From Tubiluchus corallicola (Eukaryota; Animalia; Priapulida): a stretch of DNA of 64,000 nucleotides. This document shows positions 51,092 to 64,000 of this stretch, piece by piece (the first letter of the stretch is position 1; each line of letters opens with the position of its first letter). A program made the position numbers and the translations under genes. The notes under the pieces were generated by a model. It saw only the letters and a list, made by a program, of their open reading frames with translations. It was not told the origin of the DNA and searched no databases. The DNA is taken from positions 62,001 to 126,000 of the forward strand of contig JAQGDQ010000614.1 in assembly GCA_030141605.1 (NCBI GenBank), read 5' to 3'.

Positions 51092-51193
51092 TTAGGGTTA
51101 GTGTTAGGGTTAGAGTTAGTTATAGTTAAGGTTATAGTTAGTTAGAGTTAGGATTAGAATTAAGGTTAGGGTTAGTGTTGGTTTTCGGGTTAG
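51092..51193 (+). repeat. Degenerate interstitial (TTAGGG)n-like array
   Basis: TTAGGG/TTAGTG/TTAGAG/TTAAGG hexamers. Confidence 0.8.
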
Positions 51194-51336
51194 TAAACTC
51201 CTTCCCGACAAGCAAACCATTTCAAGATAATTTAGCTTTAGTGATCCTGAGTTTTTAAGGAGTTGGTTAGTATATACTGACATACATGTAGATATGACTA
51301 TTTACTGTACGAGAAGTTCTGTAATTCAAGTTGGTG

Positions 51337-52885
51337 ACGGTGTGCAGACATTTCGACACAGATATTTAGAGACAGGACGCTTCGCCACAAAGCTTTTAGA
51401 CACACAAGCAATTTGAGCACAGATTCCTTTGGACACATAGGCACTTTGGGCATAAGATATTTGGTCACATAGGTAATCTGGACACAAGGCTATTTGAATA
51501 TATATAGGTTATTTAGACAAATTATCTGTTTGGACGCATACGTTATTTTACTCAATAACTGGGCACTCAATAAGAGTAGGCACTTAGCCATGCGTAGCTG
51601 GTTTTTCGCGGTCCAACGTTTAAACATTTTGTTTTTAAGCTAAATATTTAACCGTATCAATTCAGTTTTGTGCCAAATTCGCATTCTACTGCATACGTTT
51701 CATGACAGAAATAAAGTTTGCCAGCATGGCTGACAATATTTAATAATTTGGCCAAAAAAACACTGAAACTTGATTCATTGAATCTACATAACCCGTGAAA
51801 GACTACAAGAGTCACGATAAGAGCTGCATGACTTTGATTCGTTAACTCTCACTGGTGTGAAGGCATTCATTCCAGAGATATTGAAATAAGCGGTTCAGCG
51901 TATTACGATTGGTTAGTGATCGCAGATTGACCAGTTCTCAAAAGGGGAACCATGCATGTTGTTTTTAGGGAAGCTATGCTTCCAGATATCAGCAAGTGGC
52001 TACGCAGAGAAGGCCAATTTTTTTAAAATCTGTGGCAACTGCAATTATGTGCGCTGTTTCTATATTTAATTAGCAGGGAAAAGGTGCAAAAATGCAAAAA
52101 GGTCCATTGAATTTTGAAAAAAACGGTTTAAATTTGCTCATTCCCAGAACGTGGTATAGCTAAACAACCAGTGTTGCTAAATGGTACCATGTTCTGCTTT
52201 ACTGGATACCTATTCTAAACAGTACGTGTCAAAGTTATATACGTGTCTAAGTAACCTACGTACTCAAATCATCTGCTTTAAAATTACGATATATTAGGTT
52301 TAATTTATTTATAATCTTAATTTAAAAATTACTAATTAATAATCTAATTAAATTTTATCACCAGGCGGGCCGAAATAAAGAGCATATGAAAACGCCCAGA
52401 TCGAACTTAAATTTGAACTACGATCCCTGGCTCATAGGAGAGACATATGTCAAACTGCGTTTCGAAATTACGTATTTTTCGACTTTCAAAATAACTTATG
52501 TATGTTCGAATTTCCTACGTGTCACATTTGTATGTAAAAGACTTGTGTGCCAAAAACTTCCCAAGGTAAATGACTTTGACTAAGTGTCCAAATAAATCAT
52601 GTGTTCAAATATGATGTGTGCAAAATACCTAGAGTCCAAATGTCCAAGCTACCTTGTGTCCAAATGTCCTACGTGTTCAAATAACCTTGTGCCCTCTCCA
52701 TTTGTCCAAAATACCTAGTAACTGAATGGCCTATGTTTGGAAATAACTCATATGTCCAAATAACCTATGTGTACAAATTACCTTGTGTCAGAATGAATCA
52801 TGTGTCCAAATAACATATGTGTCTAAAATGTTTTTGCCGAAATAGCCCGTGTCTAAAACTTCTGTGCAAAAACCCCTGTAACTTG
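51337..52885. mobile_element. Foldback-type element with inverted arrays of degenerate ~17-bp units
   Basis: Left arm ~51345-51550 has units like GGACACATAGGTTATTT. Right arm ~52220-52880 has units like AAATAACCTATGTGTCC. The outer units align as reverse complements. Confidence 0.7.
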
Positions 52886-53182
52886 GTAGCCAATGATTTT
52901 AATTAAGCGATATCGACCTCGCTGGAAAACAGTTTTTACTGTCCTTTTCATTAATGTCAATTTTACTCACCTGGCAAGTCAGATTTTGAGCTTTCACCTT
53001 CCAATTTCTTCTATTTTTCTAGAAATTAAGTACAATTAGGATGGTATAGCTAGAAAAATAAACGGATTTAGAATGTACTCGAAACATTTCAACAATGAAC
53101 TGTATATTTTAGCCCCTATCAAAACAATAATTCATTATAGGAAAATAATTAGCTGTGGCACCCTTAAGCCCGCATATCTGTT

Positions 53183-53192
53183 TGCGCATGCG
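53183..53192. promoter_or_regulatory. NRF1-like motif in a CpG-richer patch (possible promoter)
   Basis: TGCGCATGCG; a plus-strand donor-like site G|gtaggt follows at ~53419. Confidence 0.3.
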
Positions 53193-56100
53193 TTGAGTTG
53201 ATCGGCATCTCCGTGTAACTAGGCGTCTAATTCCGCTGCATCAGGGAAGCTGACTTGATCAATGATTCCAGCTCGGGAAAGATGATGCCACCCTGAATTC
53301 TTGATTAGCCGGCAAATTGAGCCCGCGTGATGAGTGTCACCGTGAAGTTCTTGTACAGTTTGCAGTTGGAGAACAACAAGAAAGTATTGAACAAGTCTTC
53401 AAACTGAAGGAAACACTGGGTAGGTGGTTTAGTGCTAGTTTTACTACTAACAGACCTGATTCTCTTACTTTTAGAACAATTTGTGCATATATTACAAGAT
53501 TTACAATCATAAAAATATTGCTAAAGTGAATAAATGTTTGTAAAAGTAAAACCTTTCTGAAAAGATTTACTGTTTTTTTAAGTTTAAAAGGATTTGCATG
53601 CTTTTACCATATGGTATAAGACTCTGCAAAATAGCAAATCCACTACTCGTACGTTAACTACAATGCGCGAATACATAATTCACTACAACTAACTAAAGGT
53701 AATGTCAAAGGTGACCAATTAGTGCCCAACATCACCGCTATCATAGATGAGAAGGGACTCGACTCATGCATTTGCTGTAAAGATGTCCGTATGATATTAC
53801 GCAAAAAGTGTGATGTCATTATTGGGTAAGAATGGGTTACGGTGTCATTATGACTGCAGTGATTTATTCTTTCATTTAGTACTCGTTGAAGTTTTTGTTA
53901 TAACTTGGTAATTATTGTTGTTTTCAAAGTTTCCTCTTCCTTAGTTTGAGTTTTCACAATAAGTAGGCTACCAATAGGAGGTTCTGTGGTTTTCGCGTTT
54001 TTCCAAATTACACGCGTATAAACTTGCGTGTAGTTAGTAGACGCTTCTCCTTTATCTTCGCTTTCATTGTTTGTTCTGTCTTTTTAACGTGTCTTTCTAA
54101 CACGTTTTGCGGAAAATTCTTTCTCTGGCGTGAGAACGGAAAACATGGGCGTGTGTTCAGCACATAGTCACGGCTTACTAACCGCACACGATACAGTGTT
54201 TGCAGTTAATTTCTACCGTAAACAGTCCAAGCGTCGATACACATTCTAACGAAACTAACACCTAAACATTTTTGTGACTACTGTTGAGTCTACAGCTTCT
54301 TTTAATCGCACAAATAAAGCAAGAGAGCCGCACACTGTTTTAGGCACTGGGAATTTATCTATTGATAATTATTCACGTCAAAACAAGGCTTCCTGAATGT
54401 ATATTATGAATTCTGCACTTCTTCACTTGCATGCCCCTTACTTGCGCGTGGCTCAATTCACCCAAGCTCGTTTGGCTTCCCCGTGTTTTATGTACGCCTC
54501 CTGGAGTTAGAAGAATGAAAGCACTTCTCTTGCAGCTTAGAATGCTGAATGATTTAAGACACTTGAGGTTTTTCGCGGGTCCATGAATGATGTATGCTAA
54601 TAAACTGTAACTTTATAACAGCTGCTGAGCACTTGCATTTTCCCATGCTTCTTTTGATTCGAATCAGAAAACGCTTATAGATCCTGATAACTCAGGATTT
54701 CAAGGTTACAAAGGTATGGTCTATAAGGTTTAGATGATGTAAAAACCCCGACTGTCCAGTTTCTTTGAAAAAAACACAGGTGATTTACACGGAGAATACA
54801 AAATCCATATAGTGTTCTGGACAATTTTCCGTTTTTGATGGCTCTATAATAAAAGGCGCAATTCACGATAGGGAAAATGGTAAAATTATTCGTACGGAAA
54901 TCCGCTTAGACTGCCTCTTGAACGATTTTTTCAGCAATTGCCCACGGATTTTTTTCTAACTAATCGTTCCGCTCGCTCGCTTTTGTTCCGTAGGCGTTAT
55001 TTTACTGACCATAAATTTTTGTGAAAACCGTATTCTGTGTAAACGATCTATCCAAACGGAAAATCGTGTGGAAAATCGTATGAGTCGTAGTCAGTGAGAC
55101 GCTTTCCGCAATATGTCTCTGGGTGTAAAAATGTGTCTAAAAATAATTATGAAAAGATGAGAGCTTCCACAAGGAAATACTCGACGTCCTGTGCTATCTT
55201 TAGCGTTATTTTTCTGTAAAGTACGTAGTACAAAACTAGTCAGCGTCTATTTTGTTTTATGGATATTCATAACAGAAAAGCTATGTAGCGCACACAGTCA
55301 TTTGTGTTAAATAAAAAATGACAAAATTAAAAATACCTAAAAGCTGGAAATAGAAAGTCAACTCCTGCGCCTCGTAGATTTTTTTAATGTTTTTTCTTAG
55401 CATTTAACGTAAATTTTCTTGTTTGAGATCATAACTTTGATGGTGCCTTTTTATTATTGCATGGCTTTTTTTATTTATGTAGTATAAGTTACTGGTCCGA
55501 ATGATGCTCAATTCGAAAATTGTAATGCACTTGTCAAAATAAACTCGCCAGATTGTAAAGGCAAAGCACATGTTCCGCACGTGTTCAAAAACATTTTTCA
55601 GCTCACCGGAAACAGATTTTATTTAGAATCGCAAACGTCTGTTTTTATGGATTGCAGACTCTTTTGTCAGACATAAAACTTGAAACGGGAAAGAAAGACT
55701 TGCTTGACATACACAAAATAATGTAATAATAAAGATAAACGAAAAATAAAAGAGCAAGATAATGTTTTCTATAAGCTATAAGGAATATAGAGATTTTTTT
55801 CATGATTGGAATCCTGGCACATATAAGCCAGCTCATTGATCATTTTGCCTTATGCCAACGCCTTAATGAGACGGCTATGCCATTCAACAAAGGATGATTA
55901 AATTGCACTAATAATTTCTGTTTAGTGCTTACATAATATTACTAAATATACTTTAGGGAGTACGTACCTTACCAGTGTTGGCAGACAGTTCTATTTTATT
56001 CATTAAGCGTGCTAACTAACTGAATTTAAGAATATAATTATAAAAATAATTAGATTTTTTTAATTTCTCCCATTAAAATAAATTTTATTCATTTATTTAT

Positions 56101-59100
56101 TCTTTCATTCTTTTTCACATTCAATCATTCCTCTTTTGTACGGTAATTTACTCATTCACTCATTTGATCGAATTAAGTGCCAAAATGAACGAACAAATAA
56201 ATAAATGCAAAAAGAATGAAAGAATAGTGAAAGGAAGAGGGAACACTGTAAGAAGAGAAAGAGGAAGAGAGAAGAAGAAAGAAAAGGAGAAAAACGAAAA
56301 AACAAAGAAAGAAAGAAAGCCACAGCAGTACCAGAATGAATCTCAGAGACTGCTAAGTTACAGTACGGATATAAAGGTGGTCTGTGAGTTCATCTGAGTC
56401 AAAGAAAAAAGCTGCAATACAAGAAAGCAAGGTAATTCACTTTTCAAGTAGTCACAAACAAATGTCGTTCAGTCTACTTTCGTACGTTCATTCCTAGTCT
56501 TCGTAAGTTCATATAGGACACGTAGGCAGTTACACGGTATGTGTATGAAGTGAACATTTGTATGAATGAAATCACTTACCCGTAGAAAAGAATAACAGCA
56601 ACTGCTATTCAACATTATACATGCATAGCTAGATTTATTAATTTATTTTAGCTTTGCTGGTATTTGCCTAATCCACTTACAGCCATATGGACACCATTGC
56701 TGAAGTACCAGTAATACTTGACTTCGTAACTGTAACTTGTATGGCTTGCTTGTGCATGGATGTTTGGATTATGTTACTAGGCAGCATAAAGAAGGGTAAT
56801 TAACAAAGGAAACTGGGTCCCCTCACTTTAAAATAACCTGTCATTTTTGGTATAAGTGTTCTTTTGATTACCTTTCCCTCTAATCTTTATATCCTTTCGA
56901 ACTAGGTTAGGTCATGTTGACATTGTATATAGGGGTGCTTTCAATCAACTTTCAGCTTCCATCTGGATTTAAATTTTGCATAAACTTTGAACTAGATTAA
57001 CGATCTAATAACTTTCCCGAGAGGTAAGAAATATCTGTCTCTTTCCGTTGCCGTTAATGGCTTCACATATATTTGATGTGATTAATACTCCTCTGCCATA
57101 CAGACCAGCTTCCCCCGGGGCGTACCAGAGTGGCTTCATAAAGCCAAAGCACAGTAACAGCGAAACCGTGTCAGTATTTTTCTTCTGGCGTTCTGGATAT
57201 GTTGCCTGCTTAGCAAACAGCAAGCAGGGCGATTAGTAGGGAGAGATTCCAATCTAAGTCTGCTAGCAGCTCATGGCGGTTTCCTAATCTATCTGGATAA
57301 GTTAAAATAACTTGTACGGACTACCAAGACTTAAGTCATCAGGGTTAGTTGATGTGTACAAACTATACATGGAATGCTTTTGGTTGTGCAGGCCGATAGG
57401 TGAAAACAAGTAGTTACTTACTAATAGCCAGATTAGGCTTTTGTAGGTTAATTACCAAGGCACAAAGTGAACTGTATGTACAACCAAACAGATAAAGACA
57501 AAATCATTTACCATCGATTGTTTTACAATGAATTTTTTCGTTAGTATTACTGTAACACAATAGCTACTTAGCGCCTTAATTACCTGACATTTATAGCAAT
57601 ATGTGAAGACACAAGAAACATATACGGTATTGGTCTGCGTCCTGGCATTGCCAACCACTCAGCTAAACAAAAAACTGTGGTCACGTACTGCATGTATGTT
57701 ACCTTCAAGAACGGTGGAACTCTGGAGGAGTTATGTTAGAACACCTAAAATGACACCAGGTATAGGAAATTGCTTTTTTGTGCAATATTCTTTTTAAAAT
57801 CAGTTAATGCAAATGCAAAAAATGCCTGCAAGCTCACACATTGATATTCATCGAGCATGAAATTGATAACTAATGCGTGCATATACGATTTACTGCAACA
57901 GTAGCAAACTTCAATACAGTATTTGCTTATTCAAATATAAGAGATGATTGATAAGGGTCATCGCCCGGATGCGATGGGCCATCGCCCACACTTCCCCTCC
58001 CAATAAACTGTTAATTATGAATATCGCATTAGTAACATATTGTCGCGCTATAAATGAAAGCAATTAGTACGTTCGAGACAAGTTTCATAATATTAGCAGT
58101 TATAGTAAACAATGTATTCCTACATCGATTGAGCAAATAATGCAGTCATAACGTAGTAAATATTTGATAAGATTCGGATGACAAGAAAAGTAACAGTTTC
58201 TCTTTAATGAGTGTAATTATGGATAGATGGTACCAGATGTAGCTGCTTCAGTTTGGTGTGGGTTATGGAGCATTCACACATGCCAACAGCGTATTGGAAA
58301 ACTATTTTGTTATGCATTGAATCTTTGTGCAAAGATAGTGATTATTGCACTGAAAAGCCGTAGCTGGTTAGCTACTACTGCACGGAAGGCGGACTATCGC
58401 GAGGATTTTGTTTGGTGTGGCTTTGTAAGGCAGCTATTTTAAAATAAATTTCTGATAAGCGATATGTCCTCAATAGGTTTGCTTTCACGATGCAGTGCCC
58501 GGTGTCAGCACCACGATGCGATTTGAGACCTAATAATTGATTATCTGTTACATAGAGTTTTTATATAGAGTGGGCAGTCCAACAGGTTTTACTCTTTGCC
58601 TAAGAGGATTTTCTACCGAAATGTTGTGTCCTAATACGTGATCTGTATGTAATACGTACATGCTGCCGGTTTCATGGATTGTATTATTTTTCATCTCGAT
58701 GACTAGAAAATCCAGGTCCTAGTACAAGTTGCAGGGTAAATGGGCTGCTAGCCAGTAGAATACGCCTGATTATTGTTTTTAACTTGAACCGAAGGAGACC
58801 AAATAAATTTTCAGGAGTCACTTGTCCAACTGTTTTAAATTCAGCAAATGGTTTGGTTGTTTTCCATCTTTCCTTCCTAGGTCATAAGACTACTACCAAT
58901 ATTGTGAACATTTATACGTCAAAATTACGCTTTTATGATAATGATGATACCGTTGATGATGATGTTGATTGTGATAATGATAATGAAAATAAATGCAATT
59001 ATGTATAAAGACCATTGTCTTTATAGACTATGAATGTATAACTCTATGTACAACTACATGTGTGTGTGTGTAAAAAACTGGCGAAAATCAGCACCAGCAA

Positions 59101-59740
59101 AGCTGGCAGTAACGTACAAAACATTGGCCATGAATCATGTGGAAGACGCCATAACTTTGTTGTCCGTAGCGATAACAACAAAAGCGATAACAATAAAAGT
59201 GAATCGAACTGCAAAGCGCAGTTGTAACAGCAAAAACTAATTACAGACCTAGTTTGACTTTGGCTAAGCTTTAGTAGCCGTTCTAGAATGCGTCTGAGAA
59301 GAAAAGAAAATATGCTCATTGAGAAAAAAGCAGGAGGAGGTTTGATGGTGACATCGTAATTAGTTGCTGGTGAAATGAATGGACAGCCATTCCATATACC
59401 GACGAAGAATGGGACCTAGGCGCCAACTGAGCGCTTTCATGTAAGATTCAATTATCGAGCTTGATAGAGAAAGTGTGGGTTTAAGCTCAAAAATGAAGCT
59501 ATATATAATAAATAATGCACTTTGTTGATACTCGCTCAACAGAATAGAAGTGTAGCGTGCACCATAATTCCAGATTAATAAGAGAAGAAAAGCTATATAA
59601 AAATTTTTGTGTAGAGAGCTTGTTTTAACAAGTAATAAATTCAATGTAAATTTGTTTAGAAATTTATTTGTTGAAAAGAGACTATTTCTGGTTATTGAAA
59701 TTTACTGTCTTTACATGTGTAATTATGCCATCGTCTTCTC

Positions 59741-59741
<1 letters not shown>

Positions 59742-59795
<54 letters not shown>
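59742..59795 (+). repeat. (TCA)n microsatellite
   Basis: Read directly from the sequence. Confidence 0.95.
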
Positions 59796-62509
59796 GCGTC
59801 AACATATTGGCATTTTGATGAAACTAAAGTTATAAAGATATAAAAAAGTACCAAGTTAAAAGTGACATTTATTAGCTGACATTACGATTCTGCTAGTTAG
59901 CATGTATTTTGTATTAAAATTAGGCCGAGTTAATTAATTGGCTTTATTTCTTTTGCAGCACTATGTTAGGGTTGCACGACATTAGCATTTTCTCCACTTA
60001 TTTTTCCAACACGGCTACGCAATGAGAAACCGTGGTTCAATAACGTAGTAATAAATGCAAGCTGTAAAATTTTAAAACGCTTTTAACCAGAAGCTCGTAC
60101 AAAGCTAATGTCCACTACAGCTTAATTTCTCAGTAGTTACAACTTTATATTGTAATTAAGAATCTGCATTGATTATGAAGTTCAAAGTCCGTTCAATGTA
60201 CTGCTAGATCAGAATTCACTAGTCGTGAAATCACAAGATCTTGGAGAGTAAAAGTGTGAAAATACAAAATAACAATGAAAGTACAACATGACAGTATTTA
60301 ATTTCGCTTTTAATTGTATTTTCCGGGAGAATTTGTTTAGTTCTGAGACTAAGATCCGTTATGTCACAAACAGTTAAGTAGTTGGTTTGGTCACCCAGTT
60401 AGAAAAACTTCCAGAAGTTTTTGGTGCAACATTAAAAAAAATGAAAAAAATGAAGCCACCACGAAAGAATTAGAGTGTAAGCGGTTTAAAGCCGGAACGT
60501 AGCTACGTGTAGTATAATTTCTATTTCTAGACTCAAAACTATTTCTCTATTTTAAAAGAGCTCAAGTTCGATATTTCTTCTAAGTTGTACATTAAATTAT
60601 TAATAAACATCTGATTTGGAGTGAATATGAACTTTGCAGAAACGTGTATGGTCAGTAAAACTAAACGATGTGCTTTTAATCTGGAAAATTATTACAAAAT
60701 GAAAAAGAGATTTTGCCACAGCGTAGATGTTTTCATCACTCAAATTCTACAAGAACAAATACGGGATATGAGTCGGACTGCACATTGGTGCTTGGAAACT
60801 CAGCACCCTTTACAATGGTGTTCACGACCTCAGACCCGCAACCGTGGCACCCGTCACTTCGGCACCCGCTACATAGAGTTTACCGCACAGCAGTCCTGCT
60901 CTTTGTTTTTCAATGATTCATATACGCCTTCATTACAAGAGGCGTTATTTTGCTTTCTGGCAGGCGTCAGTTTCGAAAACAAACTGCAAAAATCCTCCAT
61001 TTTTCCCCTTGCAAACAGACAAATAAATATTCATGATGCCAGTGATAGAGAAGATAAACATACAGTGTCCAAAATGCTTTAGGGATTCATCGATCAAACT
61101 ACCATCATGTCATGTGAGACCCTCAGCATGGGATAGTAAGCATTAAACACGACCCTTAATTAAGCTTTGTATTGCCCCACATTGAAGTCTTTTCAAGTGA
61201 TCTCATCAGACAGAAGTTATCTGGGGAATACCCAGTGAGATGAGTGATTTTCAATTGAGCACAATTCTAGAATTGTACCGAATAAAAAGAAGATGTCATC
61301 AGTTGCTGATGAGTCTGACTTCTGATAAACTGAAGTGGTCAAAAATAATGCGTTAAATCAAGCAAAAGTGACTTCATGTCTTTCACTAAACTCGGCTCCA
61401 AAAGTTTAGCTAAAACGCTAAAAAAAAGGAAGATTACTATCATGTGACGATGAGAGTGCTAAATGCATTTGAGGCGTTTCGTAAGTAAAATTGAAAGCGA
61501 GCGGTACGCGTTTTTCATTATAGTGAAAACTGTTATGAAACCAAAAAGAAATATTGCGAAAGTGTAAACGTTTTCACCATTCAAAGTTAAAACTTTATTC
61601 GAATTAGTTTACCACAATCCTTGCAGATCTATAATATTATAGAAAAACGTCCACGTGCGACTCTACACTATGGGTTATTAATATGCACTTAATTTTTTTG
61701 TTTGTCATTTTATGTCAGATAGTACAAATGAAAGTTTCTCCGCCGTTAACTTTATTAAATCTTTTTAACAAAGTAAAAAAAAACATAATTATCTTTACAA
61801 CTGGTAACGTAAAATTTTTATTACGCTAGTGGTTTTTGGTATACCACTGAAATACTATGTTATTAAATTGTTTAATCACGACCTCATTTTAATAAAGCAC
61901 CGTCTTTCTGTTTTTTTTCTGCTGTCCCTTTCTAATTAAATGCGATATGACTTAATAGGTTTTTAAGGTCGCTCTTTATAATTTAATGTTATTAATAACG
62001 AAAGATCAAACAATCGCGCAGCGCATTTCCTGACACAAGCAATCGAGCAGTAAGTGAAATATCGCATTTGCCAAGTCATTATAGCTTGCTGGCTTCACAG
62101 TCGAGTCAAAAGCGCAAACATTAAAGCGGCGCTTATCTAGGAAATATTTCAACTAATTAAATTTAATGGAATTGCGTTGTTTCTAACACAGACATTCGTC
62201 TTTAACGTGAATCATTTTCTTATCTTTATTGCGAAAAGCTATTTGAGCTCATAGTCGCTGTGATGAAAATTTATAAAACGGTAGGAATAAAAATGGCGGC
62301 AATATTTTCCACATATCTCCTCGCAACTTTGACGAAAACTGGTCAAGATACTGATCTTCTGGCTGCCTATAAAATTCAAGTAACTTGATGACAAGTTTCG
62401 GAGAAGAAAATGACATATCGCTTATCAAGTATTTTCTTGACATCTTTGAGTTTTGTTTTTCTACAGTTACATCCCAACAATCGAACATTTTCAGGTTGCA
62501 TAACATACA

Positions 62510-62514
<5 letters not shown>

Positions 62515-62593
<79 letters not shown>

Positions 62594-62930
62594 CTCTTTC
62601 TTTCTTTCCATCTATCTCTTCCTCCCTTCTTGTTCTTTCTCATTTTCTCACATATTCTCTTACTGTTCCTCTCTCTCCCCTTCTCTCTCTGTCTCTCTAT
62701 CTGCCTGTTTGACTGCACGTCTGTCTGTCACTCCGTGTGGTCTGTCCATTCGTTCGTCCGACAGTCAGTCTGTTCTTCCATCGTCTACACTCCCCCCCTC
62801 CAACTACTACAAGCCATCCACCCACCCACCCATCCATCCATCCATCCATCCATCCATCCATTTATCCACCCCGCCCATCCATCTATCGATCTATCCGTCC
62901 ATCTATCTATGTACATGTCTGTCTGTCTGC
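62515..62930 (+). repeat. (TC)n followed by degenerate TCTG/TCCG/TCCA/TCTA tract
   Basis: Read directly from the sequence. Confidence 0.9.
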
Positions 62931-63559
62931 AGTTTCATTAGCTAATATTTAAATGTATTTATCGTCAGGAATTCTCTTATAGATGGTAAAACGTATACCT
63001 ATTTTATATTATAAGTAAAATTATCATTGTTTAAAAAAATCATTCAGTTCTCCTTCAAAACGAGTACCACTTAAAGTGCCGAACTCGAGCTAATGTATGT
63101 GTAAAAGTGAATGAAGGGTGTAAACTTTGAAATTAAATCATGTTTAAACTTTGCTTTTAGTGTACAGTTTTAATCATTACATCTACTTAAGCCATTTCCT
63201 TTTCGTTGATAGCACTTTTCCACCTACAAAAACACAAGCGAACTATCTTTCTTCCCTGTCAACTCTTTTACTCGCTCGTGCCCTAAAGCTGAATATATAT
63301 CTTCGTAAAATCTGATTCAACAGAACGGTTCCCATTATGGGCCACCTGCACGACTGGTGTTCAATTGAGCTGTCCTCCCAAACGCATGAAAATTACCCCT
63401 GATTCCTTAGAGCAGCCCAGAACATTCAACCGTTGACGGTAATGGAAAGCATTCAAGAAAAATTGAAAAGGAAACACGCTTTAACTATAAGCACGAAAAT
63501 AAGGATTATGGCTATTATGCTCTATCGGAAACACAACAGCTGCTTTGCCGATAGTCTGA

Positions 63560-63605
63560 GCGCATGCGCAATAAATCTACGGCGCCTTTCACACCTGCAT
63601 GCGCG
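63560..63605. promoter_or_regulatory. Two NRF1-like motifs (possible promoter, or MITE interior)
   Basis: Perfect palindrome GCGCATGCGC at 63560-63569 and TGCATGCGC at ~63596. Confidence 0.3.
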
Positions 63606-64000
63606 TGAAATCGGACATTATTTTTATTTTAGTGAAGCATATAATTGGGATAGTTTAGAACGAGTAGAATGAACCGTTTGTCCAATTCTGGTATGGAATG
63701 TACAACTTCTGTGCAGCTTAATACTTATACTGTAATAACAGACGCGAGAAATGTACGTGAGAAAAAATTCACATGGGACACCATTACTTTGAACGGTTAC
63801 TAACTACAGTTTTTTGATATAGGAAGATTTTAAAGTGGAATATACAAACTTCTGCAGACGATGATAAATTAGTACTGACTGTGTCGTAATCAGGTAAAAT
63901 TCGTTAAGGTGTTTTTTATTCTTAGTTGTTTGTCGTTTACTTGTGCATATAATTGTAATTCGTTATCAATTTTCATTAAAAGTAATCAGTTATCAAGTAA

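Noticed and set aside
51345-52880. Regular short repeats as a CRISPR-like array
   Set aside because: Degenerate head-to-tail units with no unique spacers, eukaryotic context, no cas genes
57600-57740. Plus frame YVTFKNGGTLEELC resembling a kinase hinge
   Set aside because: Followed by a stop, with no other kinase subdomains or fitting splice sites nearby
60621-61082. 153-aa plus-strand ORF
   Set aside because: Non-ATG start and no recognisable domain; contains CGGCACC-like repeats typical of transposon ends
61170-61230. Minus-strand CTGATGA...GAAA hammerhead-like core
   Set aside because: Stem I does not pair next to the core, and stem II is essentially absent
62249-62952. ER/LS/PSIH repeat ORFs
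   Set aside because: Translation of (TC)n and (TCCA)n tracts

Overview
AT-rich, intron-containing DNA from an invertebrate animal; the species cannot be determined from this window. Exons were spliced by hand using GT-AG boundaries and reading-frame phase, giving four protein-coding genes. (1) The 3' part of endophilin A (+, 8 exons, 858-10614; N-BAR then SH3). (2) An unnamed SH2-domain adaptor (-, at least 10 exons, 30133 to 15207; 5' end unresolved). It has a STAP-like SH2 and a long disordered tail with Tyr motifs, a Gab-type PPPRPPKP and HSP repeats. (3) A small two-exon secreted prepropeptide that I do not recognise (+, 41080-43077). It has a signal peptide, GKR and KR/RxxR sites, and a 4-Cys C-terminal peptide with a calcitonin-like C-x5-C ring. 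(4) CFAP210/CCDC173 (-, 4 exons, 48576 to 44855). Mobile DNA includes a 5'-truncated CR1-group LINE with a 10-bp TSD in the adaptor's last intron, itself interrupted by a 1.1-kb TIR element. There is also a TA-flanked MITE, a foldback element with inverted ~17-bp arrays, a dispersed ~220-bp repeat and many microsatellites. No tRNA, rRNA or CRISPR was seen. The 53.5-64 kb region has no gene I can identify with confidence. All homology statements come from recalled motifs, not from database searches.
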